64,000 nucleotides of DNA, from NCBI GenBank assembly GCA_030390025.1, contig CM059433.1:26042001-26106000 (forward strand), given 5' to 3'. Numbering within the stretch: the stretch's first letter is position 1; the number at the start of each line of letters is the position of its first letter. The stretch is from Squalus acanthias (lineage: Eukaryota). The position numbers and the translations under genes are program-made. This document shows positions 38,840 to 51,069 of the stretch, piece by piece. The notes beneath the pieces are model-generated. The model saw only the letters and a program-made list of their open reading frames with translations. It was not told the origin of the DNA and searched no databases.

Positions 38840-39180
38840 GCAACAACAACAACTTGCATTTATGACTTTAACATAGTAAACCGTCCCAAGGTGCTTCACA
38901 GGAGTGATTATCAAATAAAATTTGACACCGAGTCACAAAAGGAGATATTAGGACAGGTGACCAAAAGCTTGGTCAAAGAGGTAGGTTTTAAGGAGCATCT
39001 TAAAGGAGGAAAGAGAGGTAGAGAGGCGGAGAGGTTTAGGGAGGGAATTCCAGAGCTTAGGGCCTAGGCAACTGAAGGCACAACCACCAAAAGTGGAGCG
39101 ATGAAAATTGGAGATGCGCAAGAGGCCAGAATTGAAGGAGCGCAGAGATCTCGGAGGATTGTAGGGCGTGGTTACAGAGA
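38840..39180 (-). mobile_element. L2-like LINE 3' fragment
   Basis: PRSLRS..AFSCLGPKLWNSLP..FKMLLKTYLF and a (caa)n tail. Confidence 0.85.
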
Positions 39181-40123
39181 CAGGGAGCAACTTCCAACAC
39201 ATAATATTTTGTTATACATTATCAGATATTTGATAGAATAGCATTAAATTGTATTGAAGGTGGAGTATATAATGTATATTTATTTATATGTTCTTGAATT
39301 TGCTATTGAGATAAAATTAGTCACAGATGAAATGAGTAAAGACCCTGATATTCCTGGGCCTGAGAGTGCACTGTGGCAGTGTACGCTGGGTGGGCAGGTC
39401 AGACTCTAGGTGGGATCTGCTTCCGCCAGGTCTGTGCTCCCTTTTTTACTGTAGCAAAAATTCCACCAGAAGTGGGGACGGTGCATCATATGTCCAAACC
39501 CACCCCCACACCCATGAAGAAGAGATGCGACTGGCAGGATGATGTCACCCATCAGAAATCCCAGCATTTAGCCTTCTTTTTCCCCCAAAGCAAAGCGCAT
39601 CTGCATGATGCAAGCAAACCTATATTGGAAAGAAAGGACTTCAGTAAGGGTGAACAGGAAGTGGAAACAGCATGCATAGGGCTAAGGTATGGTAAAGGAT
39701 GCAAGACTCTCATGGGAGTTGTCTACAGACCTCCTGACAGTAGTCATGTAGTAGGCGGGATGTATAAATATGGAGATCAGAGAAGCATGTAGCAGAAACA
39801 ATATGGTTATCAGGGGAGATTTGACTTTTCACATAGAGTGGGAGGAGCAGGATAGATCAAGTAGTAGTGAATATCTAGAATATATTTTAATACATTCGGG
39901 ACAGTTTTCCTTGAATCATACAGCACTGAAGGAGCCCATTTGGTCCATAGTGTCTGCTCCAGCTCTTTGAAAGTATTCTGGAACACTGGCCTAGAAATTA
40001 GAGAAGGCTCGACAATGGGTGCAGACATCGCGCAGCGCAATGTGCCCGCGCCCGTTCAAAGTGGTGCAGGCAGCACACAGAATTCGTGCTGCCTGCTCAT
40101 TATAATGATTGCAGCGTTGATCT

Positions 40124-40920
40124 CAACAACAACAACTTGTATTTATATAGCGCCTTTAACGTAGTAAAACGTCCCAAGGCGCTGCACAGGAGTATTGTAA
40201 GACAAAAAATTTAACACCGAGCCACATAAGGATAAATTAGGGCAGGTGACCAAAAGCTTGGTCAAAGAGGTAGGTTTTAAGGAGCGTCTTAAAGGAGGAA
40301 AGAGAGGTAGCGAGGCGGAGAGGTTTAGGCAGGGAGAGCGTAGGGCCTAGGCAACAGAAGGCACAGCCACCAAAGGTTGAGCGATTATAATCAGGGATGC
40401 TCAAGAGGCCAGAATTAGAGGAGCGCAGATATCTTAGGAGGTTGTGGGGCTGAAGGAGATTACAGAGATAGGGAGGGGCGAGGCCATGGAGGGATTTGAA
40501 AACAAAGATGGGAATTTTGAAATCGAGGCGCTGCTTAACTGGGAGCCAATGTAGGTCAGTGAGCACAGGGGTGATGGGCGAATGGGACTTGGTGCGAGTT
40601 AGGACGGGGCAGCCGAGTTTTGGAAGACCTCAAGTTTACGGAGGGTAGAATTTGGGAGGCCAGCCAGGAGTGCGTTGGAACAGTCAAGTCTAGAGGTAAC
40701 AAAGGCATGGATGAGGGTTTCAGCAGTGGATGAGCTGAGGCAGGGGCTGAGATGGGCGATGTTACGGAGGTGGAAGTAGGCGGTCTTAGTTATGCTGTGG
40801 ATATGTGGTCAGAAGCTCATTTCAGGGTCAAATATGACACCAAGGTTGTGAACAGTGTGGTTCAGCCTCAGACAGATGTTAGGGAGAGGGATGGAGTCAG
40901 TGACTAGGGAACGGAGTTTG
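40124..40920 (-). mobile_element. L2-like LINE 3' fragment
   Basis: LHWLPVKQRLDFKI..GLAPPYL..FKTLLKTYLF and a (caa)n tail. Confidence 0.9.
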
Positions 40921-41977
40921 TGGCGCTAAACGCACTGCTGATTGGCTTAGCGCTGAACAGGGGGGCCAATATCGGTGCAGTCTACAGGCCAATAAACTTT
41001 GGCCTCGGCTCTCTGCTCTACTTAAAGGGAAGGTGCTTTGTTGTCAGTGTGGACAGAGTCATGGCCCAACAGCCAAGGGAAACGGCAAGGAGATTTTTGG
41101 ATGTGGCACAGGAGGCCTTGGTCCTGGGGGTTCAAAGATGCCGGTAGGGCCTCTACCCGCAGTGGGCCAGGAGGCTTCAAGGCTGAACCCAGATTCTGTG
41201 GGAGGAGATCGCTCAAGCCGTCACTGTGACAGTTTTCCCCAGGACCTGGATCCATTGCTGCAAAAAGTTTAATGACCTCACATGAGTGGCCAAGATGAGT
41301 GAATGCTTCATCAAATGCCATATTCCACCATCTGCACCACAAGCCTCACACATTGCTCAATTAAACCACACCCCCATCACTCACCTACCAACAATCTCTA
41401 GCTATCACCACCCATACCTCACAATCATAGCTTCACTTCCCCCTCACACATTTATCACTGCTGCAAGCCTCACACCCACATCTCACACCTTGCACACACT
41501 GCCAGCAATTCAACCATGGCAGGCCTCCTGCTGAGAGCCCTCCTGCCCCTCCTCCTCCCTCTGTGGCCATCTTGTCCTCTTCTTCACTGCCTCCGCTCCA
41601 TCTCCCTGTCATACTCGAGCGCAAGTAGAGCCTCCACGACTGGGAGAAAGCAATGTGAACAGACCCCTTTAACTGAGAAGCAAGGCGTTCTCCACTTGCA
41701 GCAACACTCTCTGTCACCTCAGCAATTTTAAACAACTCTAGAAAGCTCCAAATTGTTGCACAAACTTACACAGAGCCAGTAGAAATGAAAAAGCTAGTCA
41801 GCCACAAGTTGTTGATGATCTCTTTAAATAGCGCTGGTGGAGTCCTTCCTGCTGCTGAACACATGGTCAGCTGCTCGTGATTAGGAGAGGGCGTTAAATG
41901 GAGCAGCGACGTCCAAAATGGCAGATCGTGCATCAAATCAGCGTTGCACACTCATTGACGTCACGATCTTCCTCAAT

Positions 41978-42712
41978 GGCCCAGAAATTGATCTCGCTCT
42001 GTTCCCGCGGGGGTAAGGAGCAGGCGCGATCTCTCACTCCGCGTTGGCTTTTTCAGATCCAGCTCGCACGAACTTGATGTTCCAGACATCAGCTGGGCAG
42101 TGCTTGCGTATCCCACCGGCGTAGTGAATTCGTGCGAGCTGTGGGATCACGTGACTCAGTAAGAGCCAATGGCAGCACACCATCTTCCATTCATAAGTTT
42201 CACATACGTGCTGTGAAATCTATGAATCTTACACCCCCCCAAAATAACAGCTAAACCTCAATTAATTTTTTTTTAAAAACCATCACATTAATAAAATAAG
42301 TATAGTTAAATAAATTAACCATTTTAAATAAAAAATTACATTTTTGAAAAAATTTAAAATCTTTTAAAAAGTTATAAAAATAAACTTTAAAGTCTCTAAA
42401 AAAGATATACCTGTTAAAAAAAATTCAAAAAAATACTTAATTCACTACTTACCTTGTTAAAAGTGGGTCTTACTCCTCCTTTTTCCATTTCTAAAATCTT
42501 CCGTCCTTACCTGCGCGTCCAAAGCACGAAGTGCACAGCGTGCGCGCAGCCTGTAGCGCGCACGCGATGCACCGAGGAACCGCCCCCTTTTCAAAAGACC
42601 AAGTGCCGGTTTTCAGCGCATGCGCAGGGCATGCAGAAAACCGGCAATTGGAGAGAGAATACGCGAGAGTACGCAGTGCGTACTCTCGCGCAGCGGGATG
42701 AATTTTTGGCCC
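41978..42712 (-). mobile_element. Family X MITE, TSD AAT
   Basis: TIRs ggcccagaaatt / aatttttggccc, with AAT on both flanks. Nearly identical to 51338-52081. Confidence 0.9.
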
Positions 42713-43696
42713 AATATGGCGGGCAGAGCTCTCCAGGCACGGAATGTGCGTGCTTACGCCGCTCACCATATTGGACACTTAGATATCCGTTTTATGCCTG
42801 CAAGCTTAGTGAAAGAGATCGAAGGCAACAGTGCACTTTACTTGATGCCCGTAGCTAGCCCATAACTGAGGAAAGCCAAAATCAAAATGCAAATCTGTCA
42901 TTTGCTTTTCAAAAGCTGTTCAGGTGCTTAAAAGCTGCGGTATAGTTTTTCTTTTTTAATGTTTGGAATTCAAGAAATTTACCAAAAAACTAATAATGGT
43001 AAGGTCATCAGCTCTGTTTGATCACCTTGGTAGCTAAAATCGAGAAATGTGCTTTATTGACAATGCAACTGAAGTCCATTCTACAGTGGTTGTATGTTTA
43101 GCATAAGGTAGCAGTGCAGAACAGGGGAAGCAGAGTTAAATGCAAAGTGCGTGAAAGGATCTCAATGTGAGCTGCCGAGAGGAAAGCATGTGTCAATGTG
43201 ATTTTCAGTAAGTCAGCTTCCTTAATTCTGAACCTGCTACAAGCTGCACAATAACATTAATGGCTTTAGAAACAGCTAACATAGACTAATATGATTACAT
43301 TTCCTCCAGTTTTTGTACTATAATACTTCAACCTCACCCCCAATGGCAAAGCTCAGAGTAGTAATACAAAACGAGAGGAATCACGTTTGCTAGCTCATGC
43401 CCTCCGACTGCAGGGCACACCATTTTTGAGCTCCGAAGCACTGATAGATTTTTGTTCGGCAAGGGTATTAAGGGTTATGGAACCAAGGCGGGTAGATGGA
43501 GCTAAGATACAGATCAACCATGATCTCCTTGAATGGCGGAACAGGCTTGAGGGGCTGAATGGCCTACTCCTGTTCCTACGTTCCAACAACATAGAGTTTT
43601 TGTGATGTTCCAGGGCTGCATGTGTAGCTTTATTGTCTTAAACAATGCCTTTTCTGTAGTGTGCTAGCTTTCTGACAGTATTCTGTTTGCATTTAG

Positions 43697-44030
43697 AGCA
43701 GAAGCATTCCATGTCTTGCTTGAAAGTAACCGAGCAATGCATTAAGGATCAAAACGTGTGCAACAGGCATTTAACTCCACAGAAGAAGGCTTGTCCTCAA
43801 GCTCGTAAACATTGCAACCTCAACAAGTGTCACAGTGCAATTCGATCCTTCTACACAAAAATCCCACCAGACCTTGCTCAGAGATTAGTGTTCTGTGGAT
43901 GCCATCCATCCGATGAACTTTGTCTACAAGCAAAGGAAATCCTTCACAACAATTCCTGTGCCAATCACATGGACACAAAGCCCACATGTCTACATCTGAG
44001 AGAAAAGTGCCTCAGCGAAGATGTATGCAG
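43697..44030 (+). CDS. GFRAL: GFRAL-like exon: ligand-binding domain D2 and start of D3
   Basis: tttag|...|gttagt, phase 1-2. SCLKVTEQC..CHSAIRSFYTKIPPDLAQRLVFCGCHPSDELCLQAKEILH parallels human CQAAIRFFYQNIPFNIAQMLAFCDCAQSDIPCQQSKEALH (recalled). It lacks the RRR motif of GFRA1-type receptors. Confidence 0.93.
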
Positions 44031-45110
44031 GTTAGTACATTATTTAAAATGTCAAGTATCTGAGCAGATCCTTCCAGAATAATGTCGGGCTGTCTCAACT
44101 CAACACTGGCTGTGCTTCGGCCCAAAGCACAAAACTACCTCTGCTTCCCTCTCCACAGATGCTGCCTGACCTGCTGAGTATTTCCAGCATTTTCTGTTTT
44201 TATTTCAGATTTCCAGCCTCCGCAGTATTTTGCTTTTGTGTGACTGAGATCGATATATTTTTGTTGGGTAAGGGTATCAAGGGATTATGGAGCTAAGGCA
44301 GATAAATGAAGTTGAGTTACAGATCAGCCACGATCTAATGAGCAGGCCCGAGTGGCTGAATGGCCTAATCCTGTTCCTATGATTTGACACTAATTGGTTG
44401 CCTCATTCAGAGAAGCCATACGATGATTGATGTGGGAAATGGACAAATGTCATACTCGTTCAGTAGGGTATGATCTACTGAGGATCTGGCTCAGACACAG
44501 GCAAAGTGAAATTGTTGATAGGTGCAGTACAGACAACTTAAATCCGGCGATCCAGATTTCCAAATTAATTGCAAGGCTATTTTTCCCCTTCCACCTCCCT
44601 GGTGCTATAGTGAAGCCTAATTCATTTTTGGGACTGCTCCATAAGGCAGCTTTCTAACAGAGACTAAAATCCATTCATTTATATTTTGGACTAACATGGA
44701 TCAGGCTAGACAACGCTTTTTTATAAAAGGCTGCGTAACAGAGACACTCAGTAGAAACTGCACTTTGGTGCAGGCAAATGCACACCTGCTAATGGTCCAC
44801 TTCCACATTGCGATCAGCTTATTCAGCCTCCTTTAATATTATTTGCATGAAAACAGCTAATTTCGGGCTCCATGAGGTTGCTCCATAAAGCACCCTGGCT
44901 CACCACTATTTGCATGCAAAATGTTTCAGAAATCAGCTGTTTTTACATGTTGACATGTATGGAACAAATAGGTGACTTCTCCTTCGAGGCTTGGTTTTAG
45001 AGCAAGGGTAGAGCCTGTATATTAGTATTTTAGATAACAATACTGTGTTGGTGAAGATGTAAGCCATGAAATCAGACGCGGGACACGGACTGCCCCTGCC
45101 AGTTACTATC

Positions 45111-45405
45111 AAAAGCAAAATGCTGCGGATGCTGGAAATCTGAAATAAAAACAGAAAATGCTGGAAACGCTCAGCAGGTCAGGCAGCATCTGTGGAGAGA
45201 GAAACAGAGTTAACGTTTCAGGTTGATGACCCTTCGTCAGAACTGGAAGAAGTTAGAGATGTAACAAGTTTTAAGCAAGTACAGAAGCTGGGAAAAGGGG
45301 AAGGGGAGGAAAGACCAAAAGGAAAGGTCTGTGATAGGATGGAAGACAGGAGAGATTAAATGAGAAAAGGGATGATGGTGCAAGGCAAAAAGGAGATGGT
45401 AAAGG
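45111..45405 (-). mobile_element. Penelope-like terminal-repeat fragment
   Basis: Matches 12326-12600 and the reverse complement of 30065-30290. Confidence 0.88.
45208..45244 (-). ncRNA. Minimal type I hammerhead ribozyme motif in a Penelope terminal repeat
   Basis: Minus strand reads AGUU-CUGACGA-AGG(gucaucaa)CCU-GAAAC-GUU-AACU: intact CUGANGA/GAAA core and a palindromic AACGUU in place of stem III. Confidence 0.7.
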
Positions 45406-45649
45406 AGTTGAGGTGCAGATCAGCCATGATCTAATTGAATGGTGAAGCAGGCTCGATAGGCTGAATGGCCTACTCCTGTTCCTAATGTTCTTAAATCAGA
45501 ATATAAGTCCGAGATTGTCATCTTGAAGCTGTATAATGCTCAGGTCAGTCTGTGTCTTGGATTCTACATTCAATTCTGATCATCAACGCACACTAAAAGT
45601 TCTGAGGCAGTCATATCATTTTCTTGTGCTTGATCTTGACCAAAGAGGT

Positions 45650-45965
45650 ACATAGAAACATAGAAAAATAGGAGCAGGAGTAGGCCATTCGGCTCTTCGA
45701 GCCTGCTCTGCCATTCAATATGATCATGGCTGATCCTCTATCTCAATACCATATTCCCGCTCTCTCCCCATACCCCTTGGTGCCTTTTGTGTCTAGAAAT
45801 CTATCTAGCTCCTTCTTAAATATATTCAGTGACTTGGCCTCCAGAGCCTTCTGTGGCAGAGAATTCCACAGGTTCACCACCCACTGAGTGAAGAAATTTC
45901 TCCTCATCTCAGTCCTAAATGTCCTACCCCGTATCCTGAGACTATGACCCCTCGTTCTAGACCCC
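45650..45965 (-). mobile_element. CR1 LINE 3' end
   Basis: (catagaaa)n tail. Reverse complement of the CR1 end at 3340-3481 joined to 4846-5021, i.e. it shows the LTR-free site. Confidence 0.88.
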
Positions 45966-46098
45966 CCGATTGATTAAAAGGTTGCATTACTTTAAGGGGT
46001 TCAATGCACCAAAGCTAAAGTAGAGCAGGAGCATAAAAGATGTTTAATTTCTATCAGTATGGTATAACATTAAAGCAATTTAATATTTGTGCCTTCAG

Positions 46099-46355
46099 GT
46101 CAAGATATGAGTTGTTTCAAGCAAAGTGTTGGGGTCAGATAACAAGAATATGCCCCCAAGAATATGATAAAGGCTGCCTTTCAGGACTCAGTTGGGACGA
46201 ATGGGCCTGCACAGTTGATGTGGAGTGTATGGCAGCATTCATCAGTACCCGTGGCACTCTTCTTCAGGTGGAATGTACATGCAGTGGTGTTACAAAAGAT
46301 GACCAATCCCTTTGTGAACTATTCCAGCACATGCTAAACTATCAAGCGTGTTTCA
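46099..46355 (+). CDS. GFRAL: GFRAL-like exon: domain D3
   Basis: ccttcag|...|gtaagt, phase 2-1. RYELFQAKCW..GTLLQVECTC..QSLCELFQHML parallels human HYRTFQSKCW..GTVLQVQCTC..ESLCKIFQHML (recalled). Confidence 0.93.
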
Positions 46356-46589
46356 GTAAGTCATGCCATAATTTATTTTTATGTCCCCCCAACCACCCTC
46401 TTCGCCCCCCCCCCCCCCCCCCCACCCCACCTCATTGTTTCCTCCTCCTCTCCTGAAAGTGCTGGGCCTTGGTGGGGTTTGGTTTCACAGGCTTCATCTT
46501 ATGAAAAGTAATGAAAAACAAGGAGCGTGTTGAATTAAAATGTTTGAGAAAAACAGCATCAGGGCAAAAGGGTAGGGTTGGGTCTGTTG

Positions 46590-48245
46590 CCCAAATAGAG
46601 TTCTGTACAATAATGCATGTAGCATAAGGAATAAAGCAAGTGAATTACAAGTGTAAATTCAGCTTAAAGAGTATGATGTAGTGGCCATCACTGAGTCCTG
46701 ACCACAAGCTGGGCATGACTGGGAGATAAATATACCAGGTTATAAGGTCTTTAGAAAGGACTTGGGAAATTGGAAATGGAGGAGAAGGAGCAATATTGGT
46801 AAAGGACACTTACAGCTTTTGAAAGAGGGGCTATCAGTAAGGCAGTATGAGCAGGCAGTAGAAACTCTTTGGGTAGAATTGAGGAATAGAAAAAGATATA
46901 ATACTTTGGTGGGAGTTGTCTATGGATCTCCTGATAGCAGTGATAAAGTAACACGATGCATAAACACAGAGATCTTGTTGCAAATACAGAGTGGTTATAT
47001 TGGGAGACTTTAATTTTCCCAGAGACTGGGAGAAGCAGAACAGCTCAAGTTCTAAATTTCTTGAGTGTATTTGGGACAGTTCACCGGAAAAAATATATTC
47101 TTGAACCAAGGAGAGAACAGGAGATATTAAATTTAGTGATGAGTAATGAGCCTGAATTAGTCAACAATCCAACAGCAAGGGAATACCTAGGTAACAGTGA
47201 CTATAACACCGCGTACAGAAAACTCTTTGGTATCCGGCACCGACGGGCCCGGCGTGGTGCCAGTTGATCAAAAGTTCCGGATAACGGTGAGTTATATCTA
47301 CCGAGGCTATTTTTAACAAACAAAAATCAGACTCCTGTTACTGCCGTGTTCGGACTTCCGACAGTGCCAGGAGGCCGAGTAGTGGCACTTTGGAGAACTA
47401 CCCCCACTGACTAACTCGGCGTTCGCGGGAGACTCGGACTCGGACTCGGCAACATTGCCGGTTATTTGAGAGGAGTTTTCGGAGTACTCGGCGTTCGCGG
47501 GAGACTCGGACTCGGACTCGGCAACATTGCCGGTTATTTGAGAGGAATTTTCGGAGTATAATTTTTGCCGGTTAAGAGAGAATTCCGGATATTTAGGTGC
47601 CGGTTAAACAAGAGTTTCCTGTAATTGGTAAAATACAAGACCTGTACATACCCCTAAAGGACAAGAGCTCTACTTGTGTAATTAAACAACCTTGGTCAAC
47701 AAAAGAGGTGAGAGATAGTATAAAACTAAAAGAAGGGCTTATATGAATGCACAGAACAGTAGAGATCCCGCAAACTGGGAGAGATATAAAGAACAACAAA
47801 GGGATACAAAAAAAGTAGTAACAGCTGCAAAAAGGGAATACGAGCCAAGACTTGTGAGGGATATCAAGGACAACACTGAAGGGTTTTACGAGTATATTAA
47901 GAGAAAGAGGGTGGCTAAGAGTAATGTGGGCCCATTAAAGATAGACACAGATAATACTTAATTGAAAATTAGGAAATGGCAGATTTGCTAAATATTTACT
48001 TTGTATCGGTCTTCACTGTAAAGAATAAGGATAAAGTACCAGAGGTACAAGGAAAAATAAAAATAAATCAAGGGGAGGAACTTACTAGATTTAACATAAG
48101 TAAAAAAATGGTAATGGAGAAAATCTTGAGACTATAGATAAACAAATCTCCAGCACCTGATGGCTTCCACCCCTAGGGTATTAAAATAAGTAGGAGAGGA
48201 AATTGTACATGCTCTAGTCATGATCTTCCAAAACTCTCTTGATTT
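46590..48245 (+). mobile_element. Decayed CR1 ORF2 fragment (endonuclease to pre-RT region)
   Basis: YDVVAITE, LWVEL, LVGVVY, ILNLVMSN, LGNSDYN and KSPAPDG remnants. Confidence 0.8.
47216..47621. mobile_element. Tc1/mariner (pogo/Tigger-like) MITE with TA TSD and an internal 72-bp tandem duplication
   Basis: TA|cagaaaactctttggtatccggcacc ... ggtgccggttaaacaagagtttcctg|TA. Duplicate units start at 47414 and 47486. Confidence 0.85.
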
Positions 48246-49684
48246 CCTCTCTTGTGGCTAGGTCAATTGATAATTTCAAAACTGAGATTGATAGATTTTT
48301 GTTAGGCAATGGTATTAAGGGTTATGGAACCAAGGCGGGTGGATGGAATTAAGATACAGATTATCCATGATCTAATTGGATGGCGCAACAGGCTCAAGGG
48401 GCTGAATGCCCTACCCTTGTTTCTATGTTCCTATCTGCCCTCTAGCACCTCACCTAAATGGTAATTCTTCATGCCTGAACCTAGACAGTGAGCATTGGCA
48501 GAGTCGATGGAGGCTTAGTTCCACCCCAATGATAAGCTCCTTCAATATCTGTATGTATGCACTTTCCCATAGGAGGCACTAGATAACAATCAGAAGCAGG
48601 AACCTATGCTGATTATTTCCCCTCCATAGCCCATGAGCACTGATTTTTAGCACAGCTCTCACACATTGGCTGCAATTAACTAACATAGAACAAGTCAATA
48701 ATCAAACTTGCAATATTCCTCATGTACAGAGTTCAATTCCATACTACACAGTACATATTACTGGGTAATTTTCTGACACCTCATTACCAATGATGAGCCT
48801 CATATGCTGGAAGGAAATATCAGAAATCTGGGCATATTTAGCGTACCTCAAGAAATTGCAGGCCTACTGCCCTTGATTTTCCATCCATTAGTATCAATGG
48901 ATAGAGATTTTTGCGCAGCACACGGTCAAATTTCCAATGTGTACTGTTGACATTAATGACTGACTAAATGGAAAATTATTGGGACATTTTTATTTGACGT
49001 ATGAATATTGCTTTTTATTATATTAGTAGGTGGTACAAAATGAGTATCATACTTCATTCTCCCAGAGGGAAATTGGTATTCACTTGTTATCTACTCTAGC
49101 GGGAACTATGCTAATGGTGACATATGATTAATGGGGGTGGGGGATTCAGTGCTGACATTTAAAATAAATAGGATAATGCCCCTGTCATCTTTACCCTAGA
49201 TTCGGATGGTCTGCACCACTGTAGGTTAAAGCACTTGCATTTATTTAGTGCCTTTCACAACCTCAGGACATCCCAAAGTGCTTCACAGTCACTGAATTAC
49301 TTTTTCAAATGGAGGAATAAAACATTTTTATTCTGTGTTTTGCAGTCAGTGCATCAAGCACCCCCGGGTCAGTTGTTGCCAGGTTAGATCAGATGCTGCA
49401 GCCCAAAGATATGACTTAACAGAGAGGAGTACCTCGTATTGCAGCAGTGTTATTATTCCATTTCCCAAACCAACTACCCTTATCATAACAGATCAAAATT
49501 GAAAATATAGCAGCAGTTAGCAAAGCACAGTAAGCATTTTATACAGTTTATATTGTAGACAGTAAGAACTGAAGCTTCCCCAAATTGTTTCATCTGAAAC
49601 CATTAGTCATTAGAGAGAGGAAACTCATTCCATCCAAACTGAACTTTAGCTGAGGTCCAAGAGGTGAAAGTTTTCTAATCCACT

Positions 49685-50222
49685 GGTTTGGCCTCAGCTG
49701 GAGCATTGCATCCGATTCTGGGCACCACACTTCAGGAAGGATGTCAAGGCCTTGGAAAGGGTGCAGAGGAGATTTACCAGAATGGTATCAGGGATGAGGG
49801 ACTTCAGTTACGTGGAAAGACTAGAGAAGCTGGGATCATTCTCCTTAGAGAGAAAATGTTATGGAGACATTTAAAAGAGGTGTTCAAAATTATGAGGGGT
49901 TTTGATAGTGTAAATAAAGAGAAACTGTTTCCACTGGCAGGAGGGTTAAAACCAGAGGGCCCAGATTTAAGCCGGGGGGAGATGAGGAGATTTTTTTACA
50001 CTGCGAGTTGTTATGATCTAGAATGCACTGCCTGAAAGAGTGGTGGAGACAGATTCAATAGGAACTTTCAAAAGGGAATTGGATATATACATAAAAAGAA
50101 AAAAATTGTTGTGTTATGGGGAAAGGGTAGGAGAGTGGGACTAATTGGAGAGCTCTTTCAAAGAGCTGCCACAGGCACAATGAGCCGAATGGTCTTCTTC
50201 AGTGCTGTGTGATTCTATGATT
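49685..50222 (+). mobile_element. CR1 LINE 3' fragment
   Basis: Decayed FWAPHF..LERVQRRFTR remnants and a gattctat tail. Confidence 0.85.
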
Positions 50223-51069
50223 TACTGTGCCACCCAATCCTTTTGACATTTATTTATGACTGTGTATTTTTATATCAGAGTTCTGAAGTAATACAATTTG
50301 GCAGGATTCTGTGCTAAACCAAAAAAACTATTTTTGATGTATCTTTGATCAATATCACTTGTTATTATTTTACATTAGGCATTTTAAGACATATTATTAC
50401 ATAGAATTTTTTTTAGGAAGGGATGCAATTCAATTTTTCTGTTAATAAAATTCTACCTAATCATCAAGCACTCACAAAATCAAGGATTCGGCTTCTGTAA
50501 CCATTTTCATTTCACGTGTCTGACACTTTAGTTTGTTCATTTAGTGGCATGATTCTAAAACCATTATATAAAAAAATTATTGAAATTTAATAGTTTAGAA
50601 AATAACATAGCTACAAAGCTGTCATACTGCCATACATCTTAGTCAGCTAAGTATTACTGCAGTACAATTTAGAAAAGAAATCTGCAATTTTTTTTATTGC
50701 CTCAGCAACCTCAGAAAAGATAAGTAAAATTTCCTAGCTGCACTTTTCAGCTTTCCTCGCTGTATCTATACCAAAATATAAAGGAACATAGAAATTTTAG
50801 CACAGACGAAGGATGTTCAGTCCATCGTACCAGCGCTAGCTTCACATTGGAACTGTCTGCTCTAATTTCTGTACTTCTAATATTTTTCCTATTTGATAGT
50901 TTCCACAACTCCCTGTAAAATAATATGGAGGTGAATTTGCGCAGGGGTTCTCCCAATCGTCTGCTGTAACTTGGGTGGAGGAACCGTGGAAAGCCCAGAG
51001 GATTGTCACAAACAAAATTATTAAACATAAATAAGCAAGGACAATGCGGTATTATAGATTGGTGTCAAC

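Larger units (their letters stand above)
39988..42790. mobile_element. Internally deleted Harbinger element, interrupted by an L2 fragment and a family X MITE
   Basis: The start matches the reverse complement of 10690-10820. Decayed Myb exon 1 at 41061-41296. Transposase 5' region on the minus strand at about 41520-41970. Confidence 0.7.

Noticed and set aside
48430..48760. Ancient SINE-like segment, also near 18800-19060
   Set aside because: The two segments resemble each other but are too decayed to assign a family or boundaries by eye.
49346..49420. Candidate extra GFRAL exon after a good acceptor (tgtgttttgcag)
   Set aside because: The available donor gives phase 2, incompatible with the next exon, and read-through hits a stop.
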